A DNA stretch of 64,000 bases from Bilabrum cf. latius (Eukaryota). Positions 11,222 to 24,038 of this stretch are shown here, in pieces. The DNA lies in assembly GCA_965178125.1 (NCBI GenBank), contig OZ237745.1:496001-560000 (forward strand). The letters run 5' to 3'. Each line of letters opens with the position of its first letter. Position 1 is the stretch's first letter. Below the pieces are notes generated by a model. It saw only the letters and a list, made by a program, of their open reading frames with translations. It was not told the origin of the DNA and ran no database searches. The translations under genes and the position numbers were made by a program.

Positions 11222-14200
11222 TCAGAATCCCTTCTCAGCCGCAAACGCGCGCGCGCGATCCGCCATGCCCGCTCCCGAGCCATCGTCCTTCCCGTTCAGC
11301 TGAGCCTTCTTGTCGTTGCCTCTCACCTTGCCGCCCCCCACAGCAGCTGCGAGCCACTCCTTTGCACTGATGGCAGCCCCGCCGTTCACCGCGACCGCAG
11401 CCACAAGACCCGGGCGGCCGTCCACAGGCGCCTTGAACTGCACCGCGATCACGGGCACGCCGGGCGCGGCCGCCGCAGCGCCGTCTACAAATGCACCCAG
11501 CTGCTTCGCGTCCATGTCAGCCGGGGCGGGGAACACCACGCTCTTCTCGCCCGCCTCCGCGGCGGCCTTGCCCGCGGCCTCCCCCTGGGCCTTGGTCTCC
11601 TCAAGGGCGGCCTGAGCCTCCGCCTTCTTGGCCGCGAAGACCTCCTTGCCGGCTGCGGTGATGCCCTCCTGCACGACCTTCGCGATGGAGGCGGGCACAG
11701 TGTTGGCCTTGAGCTCCTCCTTGACCTTCTTGAGCTCCGCCTCCTGCTCCTTCCAGCCCATGAGCCGTGCGTCGTCCAGGTGCGCCTTGAGCGCGCTGCC
11801 GGCGTCAAGGGCCTTGCGGGCCGCGTCGCGGGTCACGGCCACGACCCGCCTCACGCCCTTCTGAATGGAGCCTTCCTCAATGATGGCGAATCCCTGCGCG
11901 CTGGCAGTGTTGGAGATGTGGGTGCCTCCGCAGAACTCAACGGAATAATCCGACCACTTGGGCTCCTTGGGCTTCTCGATCATGGGGGGGATCTCGGGAC
12001 CCACTGCCACCACCCGCACGGGGTCCGGGTACGACTCGCCGAAGACGGCCCTCAGAGACTGGATGCTTTGGGCGTCGCTGAGGCCGCACAGCTGCGTGTG
12101 CACGGGCAGCGATCGGCTGATGACATCGGACACGATCTGCTGCACCTCCTGCAGCTGCTCCACAGACATGGCCTTCCCGTTGAAGTCGAACCTCAGCTTG
12201 TCCTCGGTCACGAGAGAACCCTTCTGGTCCGTCTCGGCGCCCAGCACCTGCCTAAGCGCATAGTTGAGGACGTGGGTCATGGTATGGTTGGGCGCCACGT
12301 ATCCCCGGCGGTCGTAGTCTACCGCGGCCTGCACCACGTCTCCCACCTTGAAGGCAGCCTCGCCCCCGTCTCTCACGCTGCCCACGTGCAGCACGTACCC
12401 GGCGTACGACTGGACCGACTCGACGTCCATGACGGCGGTGACGGCCCCCTCCTCCTCGGAAGCATCGGGGGTCGTGATCTTAGGCAGGCCGGCCACGTCG
12501 TCCGACTTGCTCTCCGCAGAGGAGGCCCCTCCCACGGCGGCACCTGGCGCGGGCGCGTCGGCGTGCGACTGCGCGATGGGGTGGTCCTGCTTGAGGAACC
12601 TGATCTCGCCCGAGTCGCAGACCTGCCCGCCGCTCTCGTAGTAGAAGGGCGTCCTGTCCATGATGACTCCCACCAGCTGCCTCTGGGACTCACTGAGGGC
12701 CTCTCCGGGAGCCAGGAACTTCTTGTCGCTTGTGAACACCGCCAGCACCTTGCACGCGGGCTGCACGTGCCACATGTACTTGTAGTCGGATTCGGTGACA
12801 GGGATGCCACCCTTCTGCAGCTCGTCCGTCTGAGCTGCCTCGAGCGTCAGCACGCCGGCGTCACCGGACTTCTTGCCTCCCTTGCGCGACTTCTCCTTGG
12901 CCTCCTCGAGGCACCTCTGGAAGCTGGCCTCGTCCACCTTGAGGCCCTTCTCCTCCGCCATGAGCTGGGTGAGGTCAAAAGGGAACCCCTGCGACTGGTA
13001 CAGCATGAATGCCGCCTCGCCGCTGATCGTGTCCCCGCCCGCGGCCGTCACCCGTTCCGCCTCCTTGCCGAACTCCTTGATGCCCCTGGCGAGCGTCCTC
13101 GAGAACGTGTCCTCCTCGTCGCGGATGATCTCAAGCACGAAGTCCTTCCTCTCCGCGAGCTCCGGGAAGGCCCCGCCGAATCGCTCCACCACCACCTCCA
13201 CGAGGTCGCTGAAGAAGCCCTGCTTGGCCTTGAGCACCTCGCGCCCATACCTCACCGCGCGCCGAAGGACACGCCTCAGGACGTACCCGCGGCCCTCGTT
13301 GGAAGGCGCGGCGCCGTCGGCGATGGCAAACGTGAGGGTGCGGATGTGGTCGGCCACGACTCTGTAGGCCATGTCAATGTTGTCCACGTCCTCGGCGCCC
13401 ACGCGCCCCTTGTACGCCTCCGCCCCCGTGATCTCCTGGATCTTGTCGAAGATGGGCATGAAGATGTCCGTGTCGTAGTTGGACATCTTGCCCTGCAGGA
13501 TGGAGGTCACCCGCTCCAGACCCATGCCCGTGTCCACGTGCGTGGACGGCAGCCTGGAAAGAGTCCTGTCGCCCGCCCGGAAGAACTGCATAAATACAAG
13601 GTTCCAGATCTCGAGCACGTTCGGGTCGTCCTTGTTCACCAGATCCGCCGCGTTTCGGCCGCCGATCCGATCGTAGTGGAGCTCGGAGCACGGCCCGCAC
13701 GGCCCCGTGTCTCCCATCTCCCAGAAGTTGTCCTTCTTGTCGCCGGGGAGGACCTTGTCAGGGGGCAGGTAGCGCTCCCACAGTGCCTTCGCCTCCAGGT
13801 CAGCCGGCGTGCCGTCCGCCTCGTCGCCTTCGAAGTACGTGGCGTATAGTCGGTCCTGCGAAGGAAGAGAAAAAGGAAGCAAACAAGGACACTCAACAAA
13901 AAGAGTCGCAGCAGATCTTTCGACATGCAGCAGCAGCTGAAGGTACCAGGAAGGACGCGCGTGTGGTGAGGGGCAGTTGGGGGCAGTGCGGAGCAAGCTG
14001 GCGCCAGGGTCGGCAGGGGATAGATCGCAAGCAAACAGTCGAGGGCGCCGCACGGCGTGTAGCTGCTCACCTTTTCCAGTCCCCAGACCTCGGTCAGGAG
14101 CTCCCAGGCCCAGTCGATCGCCTCCTTCTTGTAGTAGTCGCCGAAGGACCAGTTGCCCAGCATCTCGAAAAAGGTGTGGTGGTACACGTCCTTGCCGACG

Positions 14201-14661
14201 TCGTCGAGGTCGTTGTGCTTGCCTCCGGCGCGGATGCATTTCTGCGAGTTTGCCGCGCGCTGGAGCTTGGCCAGAGGGCTCTTCGGGTCCACCCGGCCAA
14301 GGAAGATCGGCTTGTACTGATTCATCCCAGCGTTCGTAAACAGCAAAGTAGGGTCGTCATGAGGTACAACTGGAGAGGAGCGGTAGAAAGTGTGGCCCTT
14401 CTTCTCGGCGAAAAAGTCGATGTATGACTGGCGCACCCTCTCCACTGGCCACTCAATCCCCGACGATGCCCCTGAACCGGAGCCTCCAGCGGCAGCACCT
14501 TCACCAGATCCACTAGAAGCCATGCTCTTGACGTTGTGGCTGAACCTGCAGCGATCGAAGTTATTGGTCGATCGGAAGAGTCGAGGGATCCGAGCCGAAA
14601 CAGTTCCTGAACTCTTTGCTTGCTAGACCAGTCTTCGGCACAGTAGTGTGCCTCGATTCAT
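11222..14661 (-). CDS. AARS: Alanyl-tRNA synthetase, 2 exons; cytosolic start at 14523, putative mitochondrial start at 14661
   Basis: Motifs [55 protein letters not shown], and editing motifs HTMTH and EFCGGTH. GT-AG intron 14070-13856. Ends with TGA. The upstream in-frame 46-codon extension contains one TAG (14623). Confidence 0.96.
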
Positions 14662-15063
14662 GCACTGGGTACGATACTAGTCGCACGCAAACGCAAGCGA
14701 CTAAGTTCGTTTCTGCAGGTGCTCACTCCCTACTTTTCTTGCAAAGTGCCGTGAAGGAACTTGATCGTGAATCTTCAACTGCACGCTACATTTCAGATGT
14801 GACGATTGACCCGACGCACGGGAAGGGTTGCCCGGGTTGGGACGTCGTGGAGCTTTGTGGGAGACGAAAGACTATTCTAGCCTCATGAAAAGCGTTTTGG
14901 CATGTTGCAGCAGTGCTTCGACGAATCAAGACTCGCACATGTGTGGTTGGGGCCCCTGCGACCTTGCACTCGCGGCAGTCGCGACTTGCTTGCGACCACC
15001 GGCAGCAATCTTCCGTTGCGAACAGTTCTCACCAGCAGGGGTGGCCCCGAGAGCCCCGGCGAC

Positions 15064-18000
15064 ATGATTTCGGCAGGAGCCGGAAATGAAAATGATACTC
15101 AGTATCAAGGCGGGCAAGGAAGCGCGTTGCTTCGATTGGCTCGAGGGAATTCGTCCAGACATCACCACGGTCGAGGCAGCCATCGTGCCGACAGCCACGC
15201 GGGGGGCTCCATCAACCGAAAGAGTAGCTTCAAGCGCGGATAGCATGGACCATCTCGCAAAACGGACCACGCATCCAGTCGCTAGGAGGGCAGCACAAAG
15301 CCCAGTGATAGCAAGGATGCGTCGTCAAGCCGCAGCGATCAGCCATTGTCCCCGCTATTCAGCCCGCAATCAGAATCAACAGCTGGTGCTGCTACGAATC
15401 AGCGCATAGGAAATTCGAAGGAGAGCCACAGCCCTTCAAAGCAGAGTGCGTCCCGGGGCGCTGAGCCTGGTGCTATTGCTGGACTTGCCGAGCCGTCAGG
15501 TGCCGAATCAAAATCGGTGTCAGCCGGCTCGGAGACTCAAAAGGATGGAAAGTGGTAGGATGAAGACATGACGCCTGGTGCAACAGGCGGGGCCGCAGGA
15601 GATTTGAAGCTGCCGAGCACTAGCAGACGAAAAGGTCCCAAGTAGCCACCGTGCTGCTCCAGGGAAGCGGTGTGGGCCTTTGTCGATGATCCCAGTTCAT
15701 CAAACGGTGTAAGTTACGGCACTTTGCTCATGTGCTTTGCCTCGCTGGGACACAAATAGTCCTGCATTGGATCGAAATTTGGACAAGCACTCGCAGCGCT
15801 GTTTGGCTATTCTGTCCCCATTTCACCCTCGCAGGCTTACGTGTTCAGTGTGTTCATTTTGCTGCTCATTGTGCTTTCTACGACTACGTTTGTGCTGGAG
15901 ACGGTCGACTCGATTGCGGGCGGCAACCGTCAGGTATTCTTCGTGCTGGAAGCAACGTGCATGGCCGTGTTTACGCTTGAGGTGCTGCTCCGTGTGTGCA
16001 GCACCCCGTCGCTTTGTAAGTTTTTCGGCGATTTGTTCAATTGGATTGATATCGTGGCGATCCTGCCGTTTTACCTGGAGCTCGCCCTTCCCGGGGCCTC
16101 CGGTGCCTCGTCGTTCGGTGTCATCCGGGTGGTGCGGCTTGTGAGAGTAGCCAGGGTCGTCAAGATCAGTAGGTACAGCACGAGCGTCAGGGTGTTTTCC
16201 CAGGCGATGGTGTCGAGCCTGCGACCGCTTTCCATGCTTTTCTTCCTCGTCAGCATCGGCACCATCATGTTTTCCTCGGCGATCTACTACGCCGAGTTCG
16301 AGGCGGACGGGTGCAGGGAGGACGGGTGGGAAGATGTGGCGGGTGTGACGGCGCAATACGGCCAGCTGAGATGCCTGGATGGGAACGATGGGGGCTGGAC
16401 CAGGCTGTCGAGCAACGGCACATTTGAGTTTGACCCCGCAGAGTCTCCCGCGGCCCTGCCTCGGGACTTGGACGACCCGCCCGTCATTGTAAGGTGCGCT
16501 TGCGTCGACCCGAATCCATTCACGTCCATCCCGGCGGCGTTCTGGTGGGCCATGGTGACAGCCACCACGGTGGGATACGGCGACCACGTGCCCGTGCGGC
16601 CGCTGGGCAAGCTGGTGGCTGCCGTGACCATGATCAGCGGGATCATCATCCTCGCCTTGCCCGTCACCGTCATCAGCTCCAGGTTCGCTGCCGTCCTGCG
16701 CGAGATACAGCAGGAGAGAATGCTGTCTGAGCTCGACGCGCTGGATCGAAACATGGACGGGGTGGTCGACGAGGAGGAGCTCGCTGTCATGATCCAGCAC
16801 GTGGCAGCTGTGGCAGGTGACCTCCCGCCGGAGCTCATACCATCCGCCAAGGAGCTGCTTCAGAAATACGACGCGGACTCCTCGGGTGCCCTGGACCCTG
16901 AGGAAGTGGCGGCCATGAAACGAGACATGATGAGGCTGCTGGGGCACGCGGGGGCCCAGTACTCGTCCTCGGAGGAGGAGGACGAGGACGAGGAGGACGA
17001 AGCAGCGGAGGCATATGACGATTTCGATGGCAGGAGCAGTGCTATGAGAAGCGAGCAGAAGTCAACGGGTGCGGCGGGGTACGCTGGGGGAGCCTTCCAC
17101 AGCGGGAGCGGCAGTGGACTGCACTCTGGCCCCAGCAGCGGGCAAGGCAGCGGCAACACCATCACGGGCCGAGGCATCCTCGCTGCTGGTGAGAGTGGTG
17201 TGGCTGGAGGGGCGACTGAGGCATCCCCGGGCGCTCTTCGTCGCAGGCTAGGCACCTCTCGAAGTGGTAGCGAATCTGCTCTACGTCGCAGGCTAGGCAC
17301 CTCTCGAAGTGGCAGCGAATCCGTTTCCCAGCTCATGAGGCAGTACCAGCTCATGGCCTCAGGACGCACGGACGGGGGGGTATCCCAGGGAACAAGTGCA
17401 CAGGGAACAAGTGCACAGGGAACAACGCAGGGGTAGGGTAGGAAGGTCACACGCCCTCCGAATGCGGCCAGCTACGACGAGGACGCAGAAGAGGAGCGGC
17501 GGGTGGGGGGCCAGAATCAGTCCAGCGCGTCCCAGCCACCCAAGGGCGCCAAACGGCTGGCGGCTCTGGTGCGGGCAGGAGATGCCGTGGGATCGATCGG
17601 GGGCTCTAGCGGAGATGCTTCAGCGGGTGGGATGGGTGCGGCACTTGTGGCCATGACCTCGGGTGCCTCTACTTCGGGGACGCCCTCCAGACCCGGCCCG
17701 CGTCGATTGCCAGGAACCGGTGGTGCCCAGGGGGGCAGGGCGGGCCAGCCAGGGAACAAGCCAAAGCCACCCCACCGGTCCATAGCGGCGGTGGTGCCTG
17801 TGACGAGTGCAGGGGATGCGGTAGGTGGCACCACCAGTGGCGCTGCCTCACTGGCCTCCGGTTCCGCAGAGTCTCCCCGGCGCCGCGCACCCCCGCCCCC
17901 CAAGAGGCGGTAGGAACTGCCGCGAGCCGGTGTGACGACCGAGGCCTCCTCATCTACGGACCGATAGCCCGTCGTGCCCACCACACAGGCCCCCGAGTCC

Positions 18001-18387
18001 ACCGGTGGAGCGGACGGCGGCAGGTCCGGGTCGAGAGGGGCCCACAGCAGCAGCGGGGCCGGCACGGAGCACACAGGCAGCCAGGAACTGGCCCTGCAGG
18101 TGCTGCAGCCGGGTAGGGGGTCCTCAGCGGCGGGGCAGGTGGACGAGAATGGTTGGAATGGGCAGGTGGCCGTGGTGGGTGCCAGGTCTGGGTCTGGGCC
18201 TGGGCCCGGGTCCGGATCAGGCGTGGCGGTGCGCGCGTCAGCGTCGAGGGTGACCCGCCTGGTGTCCCGCCGGCTCGAGGATATCGAGGGGCGGCTGGAC
18301 AGGAAGATGCTGGGCATTCTTGAGCTGCTCAAGAAGATGAATGCGGCGGTGTCTTCGCAGGCGAGTGCGCCCGGCGGGTTCGTGTGA
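15064..18387 (+). CDS. Voltage-gated K+ channel (6TM, Kv-like) with two EF-hand motifs and long disordered termini; 7 in-frame TAG; start tentative
   Basis: Pre-S1 WAFVDDPSSS, intron 15709-15834, S4 IRVVRLVRVARVVKISR, pore WWAMVTATTVGYGD, S6 GIIILALPV, EF loops DRNMDGVVDEEE and DADSSGALDPEE. TAG at 15241, 15283, 15556, 15643, 17434, 17911 and 17965. Ends with TGA. Confidence 0.9.
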
Positions 18388-18652
18388 GGATCGATTGGGG
18401 TCTCGCTTGGGCGCTGCATAATGTCGCGGGTTCTGAGGAGATGGGGTGCGAACGCCAACGGCACGGGCCTATAAGAACAGCACCTGTTGATAGAATAGAT
18501 CTGGAAAACTGTGTCTCCTAGTATCGTCGGCATAGCATCAATCACATTGGATCAACACTCTGACTGCACTGCACTGTAGTTCCTATGGTTGGGGCTGTGT
18601 TCATTCTAGCTGCGCCGCACCACATTGGAGACGACCGCGTAATCAACCTGTT

Positions 18653-20852
18653 ATGGACACAAAACAAATCCTAGCTGCTGCCAGGACGGGAGATGGGGAT
18701 ACTGTAGAGAAGATGCTAAGTGGGGACCTTTCACTCTGCAATACTCTTTTTGGCGTCCAACCACTCCTGCACGTTTCTGGTGAGATTGAGTGCTTATTTA
18801 TTATTGTTATAAGTATAATAAACGTCGTGCTGCCCCTGACACTCAGATCACTTTGAGTATCCAACGTGTACCTTCGTGACTTGCAACGTTCTTGCAGCAA
18901 TGGGCAGCAACACATCGGTGACGTAGATCTTGCTGCGTAACGGCTGTGATGTCGACATTGAAACAGCCAAATAGGAGACTGCGGCTCACTACTGTGCCGA
19001 GCATGGCTCTGTGGATTGCTTGCGCGTTTTGGCAGAGTATGGCGCCGACCTGAACGTTCGGGACAAGATGGGTTTGGCGCCACTGCACATTGCCTGCAAG
19101 CATGGCCGTGCTGCCTGTGTTGAGGCTCTATTGACTGCAGGCGCGGCCTGGGACGCAACGTCCCAGCGCAGTGGATCGCCTTTGTACGTTGCTAGCTCGG
19201 GTGGGAGTGCGCGATGTGTGCGATTGCTGCTAGGTGCTGGTGCTGACGTGGATGAAGCGAAGAGAGGGGGGGTTGTGCCTTTGCACGCTGCTTGTATCAA
19301 TGGCCACCATCACTGTGTAAAGTTGCTGCTGGCGGCAGGAGCTTGCGCGGACGCAAGGTCAGGCGGGGGTGTCACCCCGCTCTACATGGCCTGCCGCGGA
19401 TGCCATTCACAGTGCGCCAAATTGATGATCGAGGCGGGCGCCGACGTGAATTTGGCACGAAAAGGAGGCTACACGCCGCTGCGCATAGCCAGCATGCATG
19501 GTGACCCTGACTGTGTGGACTTGCTGCTGTCGGCAGGAGCTGCCACGGACCCCCCTATCCGGGATGGGACGCTGCCTCTCTACGTGGCCTGCGAGTCAGG
19601 CCATGCTGAGTGCGCTCGCTTGCTGATTGAGGCCGGGGCCAACGTGAACACTATAGGACCGAGAACGTAGCAAGGCGGTCTCACTCCACTGCAGAAAGCA
19701 TGCCAGCGCGGCCACTCCGCCTGCGCTCGGCTGCTGGTCCAAGCAGGAGCCTCGATAGCCGGCAAGAGCACTCGTACGCCGTCGCCACTGCATCTAGCTT
19801 GCGAGCGCGGGGATCCCGGGTGCATTCGCGTGCTGATTGAAGCCACGGCGGATGTGAACGAAATTTTGCCTGGAGGTTTGACTCCACTTCACATTGTTAG
19901 CAAGCATGGTTTCGATGGCTGCGTGGATGTGCTGGTTCGTGCAGGAGCTGTCGTAGATGCTTGGTCGCAAGTCGGCGCATCAGCACTATCTCTGGCTTGC
20001 TCGACCGGACAAATAGGATGCGTCAATCTGCTTGTTGGTGCTGGGGCCGACGTGAATGCAGCAAGTAACGGGCACACGGCCTTACATAGGGCATGCCTGG
20101 GGGGTCATGTCGGCTGCGTTCGCGCACTGCTGGGCGCTGGCGCGGCAGTGGACCGCATATCATTTGATGGATCTTCGCCGCTGCACCTTGGGTGCAGGTA
20201 CGGGCAAGCCGAATGTGCTCGCTTGCTCGTCGAGGCAGGCGCTGATGTCAACTGCCAAGACGAGCATGGTCGCACCCCCCTGCACATCGCGGCCAGCCAT
20301 GCGCACTTGGAGTGCACAAGGCTGCTGCTTCACGCCGGAGCCAGGCGAAACATCAAGGATAACGCATCGCATACGTGCATGCAGGTGTCTCTCGCATCTG
20401 CATCGTACGATATTCCTTACAGTCGGTACAATGCTGCGATCCGCATGATTCAGCGGTTCAGTCTACGAGCCAACTGCCTGGCAATTTGGAGGCATGCAGC
20501 TGGTGCGCAAAGGGATGCTGGAAGAGTGTTTCAGGCGGCAAAAAATGGCAGGCCACTGGAACTGGGCAAACGGCTGAGGCTGGGCAAGCTGGCCGGCGGG
20601 CTGGATATCAAGGGTCGATTGCTGGATGGTTAGCTGGTGAGCCCGTTGGTAGCAGCTCTGCAGGGGAGGCATCACGAGTGCGTAAAGGTGCTGTTTGCCC
20701 ACGGTGGCGTGCTGGGCGATGCAGAGTTGGGCTGGTTGCAGAGACGAAGTGAGCAGGTGGAAGCATTGCAGACTCGCATTCTGGAGCTGGAGGCCGCGCT
20801 GCTGGAATCTAGGCGAGCTTATGCTGTCGCTAATACCGAGGCATGCCAGTGA
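18653..20852 (+). CDS. Ankyrin-repeat protein, paralog A; 2 exons; 4 in-frame TAG
   Basis: Many TPLH/GADVN repeats. Intron 18780-18897. TAG at 18924, 18972, 19668 and 20631 in one frame. Ends with TGA. Confidence 0.88.
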
Positions 20853-20886
20853 ATATGCTGTCGCTAATACCGAGGCATGCCAGTGA
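20820..20886 (+). repeat. Tandem duplication of a 33-bp segment that includes the stop codon
   Basis: tatgctgtcgctaataccgaggcatgccagtga occurs twice, at 20820-20852 and 20854-20886. Confidence 0.9.
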
Positions 20887-20934
20887 TGCGATCGGGGACG
20901 CCTCATTCGTGTTCAATGCCGCAGCCGCTGGCAG

Positions 20935-21170
20935 ACCATTGGACCTGGGCGAGCTGGCCGGCGGGCTGGACATCAAGGGTCGATTGTAGAGCGGCCAGAT
21001 CGTGTTACTGCTGCAGCCAGCTCTGGAGGGTGGCTCTTCAAGCCAACTTCAAGCCCACTTGGGCGGACTGGTGGAGGCCGAGCATAGGTTGGCCCCGGGT
21101 AGCAGAGTCGGAGCAAACGTCTGTGGAAGCATCGGAGGCTAGCGTATGGCAGCTGGAGGGAGGGGGGGGC
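20935..21170 (+). pseudogene. Degenerate fragment of the ankyrin-paralog C-terminal domain
   Basis: ctgggcgagctggccggcgggctggacatcaagggtcgattg (about 20945-20986) nearly matches 20580-20621. Weaker similarity follows, with indels and no coherent frame. Confidence 0.55.
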
Positions 21171-21532
21171 TGTTGGAAGCGGGGCTAGCAAAGCACAAAC
21201 ATTAAGAGATAGACCTCCGTGTCGCCATCCTGATCATGCATGGCTCTTGCGGATGCCGCCCATTTGCTCTTGACCGCTGCTGGGGTCACCAACTGACCGG
21301 GACTATGTGCATGACCGGGCTCTGGGGTCGTCGGTGACACATGGGGATCGGGGTTGATCGGAAGGGGGAACCCGAAGTTGAGCTGCTCCGCACACCCTCA
21401 CTAACAGACTCTTCTGCTTTGATACGACGACCTGCTCCGTGGTTCCGGTATTGCTCTCTCTCTCACGCACACACGCCTGCGCACGATCGCCGCACATTAT
21501 CGCCTATTCGAAAGACTTGCGACAATTTGATA

Positions 21533-23138
21533 ATGGCACACGATGGAGAGAGTCCGATCATCGCAGCTGTCAGGAAAGGAGACGAGAGAGCCCTGGTAGC
21601 CTTGCTTGATTCAGAGCCATCCCTTGCCTTTGCAGAGAAAAGTGGCGACACTTTGCTGCACGTAGCTGGTGGGTCGTTTGAGTATTGAACAAATGTATCG
21701 AGCTTACATGATGCGTCCCCTCTCTGCTCTTGTTCGTGTGGACGGCCGAAGGGCCTGACTCGATATTCGAATGCGTTTGATATTACCCTGCATCACAGCA
21801 AACAACGGTGGACACACACAGTTGGTTTCGGCTTTGGTATAGTATGGCATAGATGTCGATGCTAAGAACGACGAGATGGAGACAGCATTGCACTGCTTTT
21901 GCAGGCACGGGCATGCGGAGAGTGTACAGGTGCTGGCAGATGCTGGCGCTGACGTGAACGCAGCGAATAAGGAAGGCTACTCAACGCTACACATTGCAAG
22001 CATGTACGATTAGACTGCTTGCGTGCGCGTTTTACTGAAGGTGGGGGCAACAGTGGAGTTCAGGTCCAAACTAGGTGCGTCACCACTTTATTTGGCTTGC
22101 GATCACGGCGCAGCAGACTGTGCTCGCTTGCTGATCGACGCTGGCGCGGATGTGAATGCAGCAAAGACCGGCGGATTTGTGCCTATGCACATCATTTGCG
22201 AGAATGGCCACGCGAACTGTGCCCGTGTGTTGCTGGAAGCAGGAGCTGCGGTGGACTTGAAACCAGCGTCCGGCGAATCGTCGCTGTACCTTGCCAGTCA
22301 GTTTGGGCATCCGGAGTGCGCCCGCCTGCTGATTGAGGCCGGGGCTGATATCAATTCAGCTAAGCAGGGAGGTTTCGTGCCGCTGCACGTCGCGTGTCAG
22401 TTCGGCCAACCTGCCTGCGTTCGGCTCCTGATTGAAGCTGGGGCCGTCGTGAGACGCGTTTCCACCAGCACAGAATCGTCGCTGCACCTAGGGTGCAAAT
22501 ACGGGCAGGTCGAATGCGCCCGCTTGCTGATCGCCGCCGGCGCCGATATCAACTGCAGGGGCCCGAGGGGCGACACCCCTCTCCACGTCGCGGCTGGGCA
22601 CGGGCGGCTGGAGTGCGCCCGCCTGCTGCTGCGAGCGGGGGCCAGGCGAGAGATCAAGAACCGCGCAGGCCAGGCATGCAGTCAGGTGATGTATAGCCCA
22701 GGCAGAGCATCGGCCCCGCGCGGTCAGTTTGACGCCACGATCGAGATGATTCGAGAATTCGTGCCTCGATACCTCAACGTGGTCACTTGTAGGCACGCAG
22801 CTGATGCTCAGAGGGATGCTGCGATGGTGTTCAAGGCAGCGAGCGAGGGCAGGCCGCTGGAGCTGGCCAAGCGGCTTCGGGTGGGCAGGCTAGCTGGCGG
22901 GTTGAATCGGAAGGGTCGATTGACAAGTGGGTAGCTGGTGAGCCCGCTGCAGGCAGCTCTGGAGGGGGGGCACATCGAGTGCGTAAAGGTGATTCTTGCT
23001 CATGGAGGCGCGATGGGCGATGCTGAACTAGCATGGATCGTTCAAATTACAGAGCGCAGCGAGCGTCTGGAAGAATCGGAGGCTCGCGTGAAAGAACTGG
23101 AGGCCAGACTAGAAGCACTGGGACATAATCTAGACTGA
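21533..23138 (+). CDS. Ankyrin-repeat protein, paralog B; 2 exons; 3 in-frame TAG
   Basis: Intron 21669-21798 lies at the same position as in paralog A (LLHVx-G|). TAG at 21840, 22011 and 22932. Shares the C-terminal domain RHAAxAQRDA...GRPLELxKRLR. Ends with TGA. Confidence 0.88.
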
Positions 23139-23270
23139 AGGCTGTGCACTGTGGGGCGACCCTTCGGCCCGGGGGCAAGATGGTGCCACACGGTGACCGT
23201 CGCCGGCGTGACGAATGAGGTGACGGGCCAGAAATTTTCGGCCAGCTTCTTTGCACTCAATCCACCCAAT

Positions 23271-23850
23271 ATGGCAAAGGCAGCGTCCGTGAGCGAACCC
23301 GTGCGTATTGCAACAAAATTTTATTCTGGTGATGCTGTATAGTTGCGCTTGAAACCCCATCTGCTGCGATTACCCGTGCAGGTAATTGAAGTGGAGGACT
23401 TGGAAGGTCTTGAGAAGGTCCTGAAGGAGAACAAATTTGTCGTGCTAGATTGCTGGGCACCATGGTGTGAGATAATCCTTGCTCGCGCTTTATAAGGCTC
23501 CATGCTTTTAATGAATCTGGAGCTCTTGCCGTGTTTTGCATCCCGGGTGCGCAGGCGGGCCATGCAAGCGCGCCATGCCCCTGTTCAAGGGGATCGCAGA
23601 GGTGAACGAAGAGATCACTTTCGCAAAGGTGAATGTCGATGAAGCCGACGACTTCCAGGAGAAGTATTCAGTCACAAGTCTTCCCACGTTCATCGTATTC
23701 AAGGAGGAATCAGAGACGACGCGAGTGGTTGGCATGGACTTCAACGCTATCAAGAAGGCGCTCGAGGAGGAAGGAAGCCCTGAGGTTACGCTGACGGAGG
23801 AAGCGATCGAAGCCGCCAAAGGATCGGGCGGCGGGTGCGTGATCTCGTGA
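23271..23850 (+). CDS. Thioredoxin (WCGPC) with a C-terminal CaaX-like motif; 3 exons
   Basis: Introns 23289-23381 and 23467-23554 reconstitute VLDCWAPWCGPCK. Also FAKVNVDE and SLPTFIVFK. Ends GGGCVIS then TGA. Confidence 0.9.
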
Positions 23851-24038
23851 TCGGTCGAACCCACGTCTTGTTGCTTCTTGGCTGAATGAGGTGCCAGCCC
23901 TGGGTGCATGTCCATGGAATTGCCAGCCGGGAAAATACAATCAAGTAAATACCCGCAAATTCAAAGACATCAGTTTGCTGCAATGCCCCCTGCTGCCGGC
24001 GCAGAGGAGACTTGTGTCCAACCATGCGAGCGTCATCA

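Noticed and set aside
11084-13849. 921-aa plus-strand ORF and other long antisense ORFs (36170-37732, 48241-49638, 58458-61103, 60455-62128)
   Set aside because: They are shadows of GC-rich minus-strand genes and contain no recognisable motifs.
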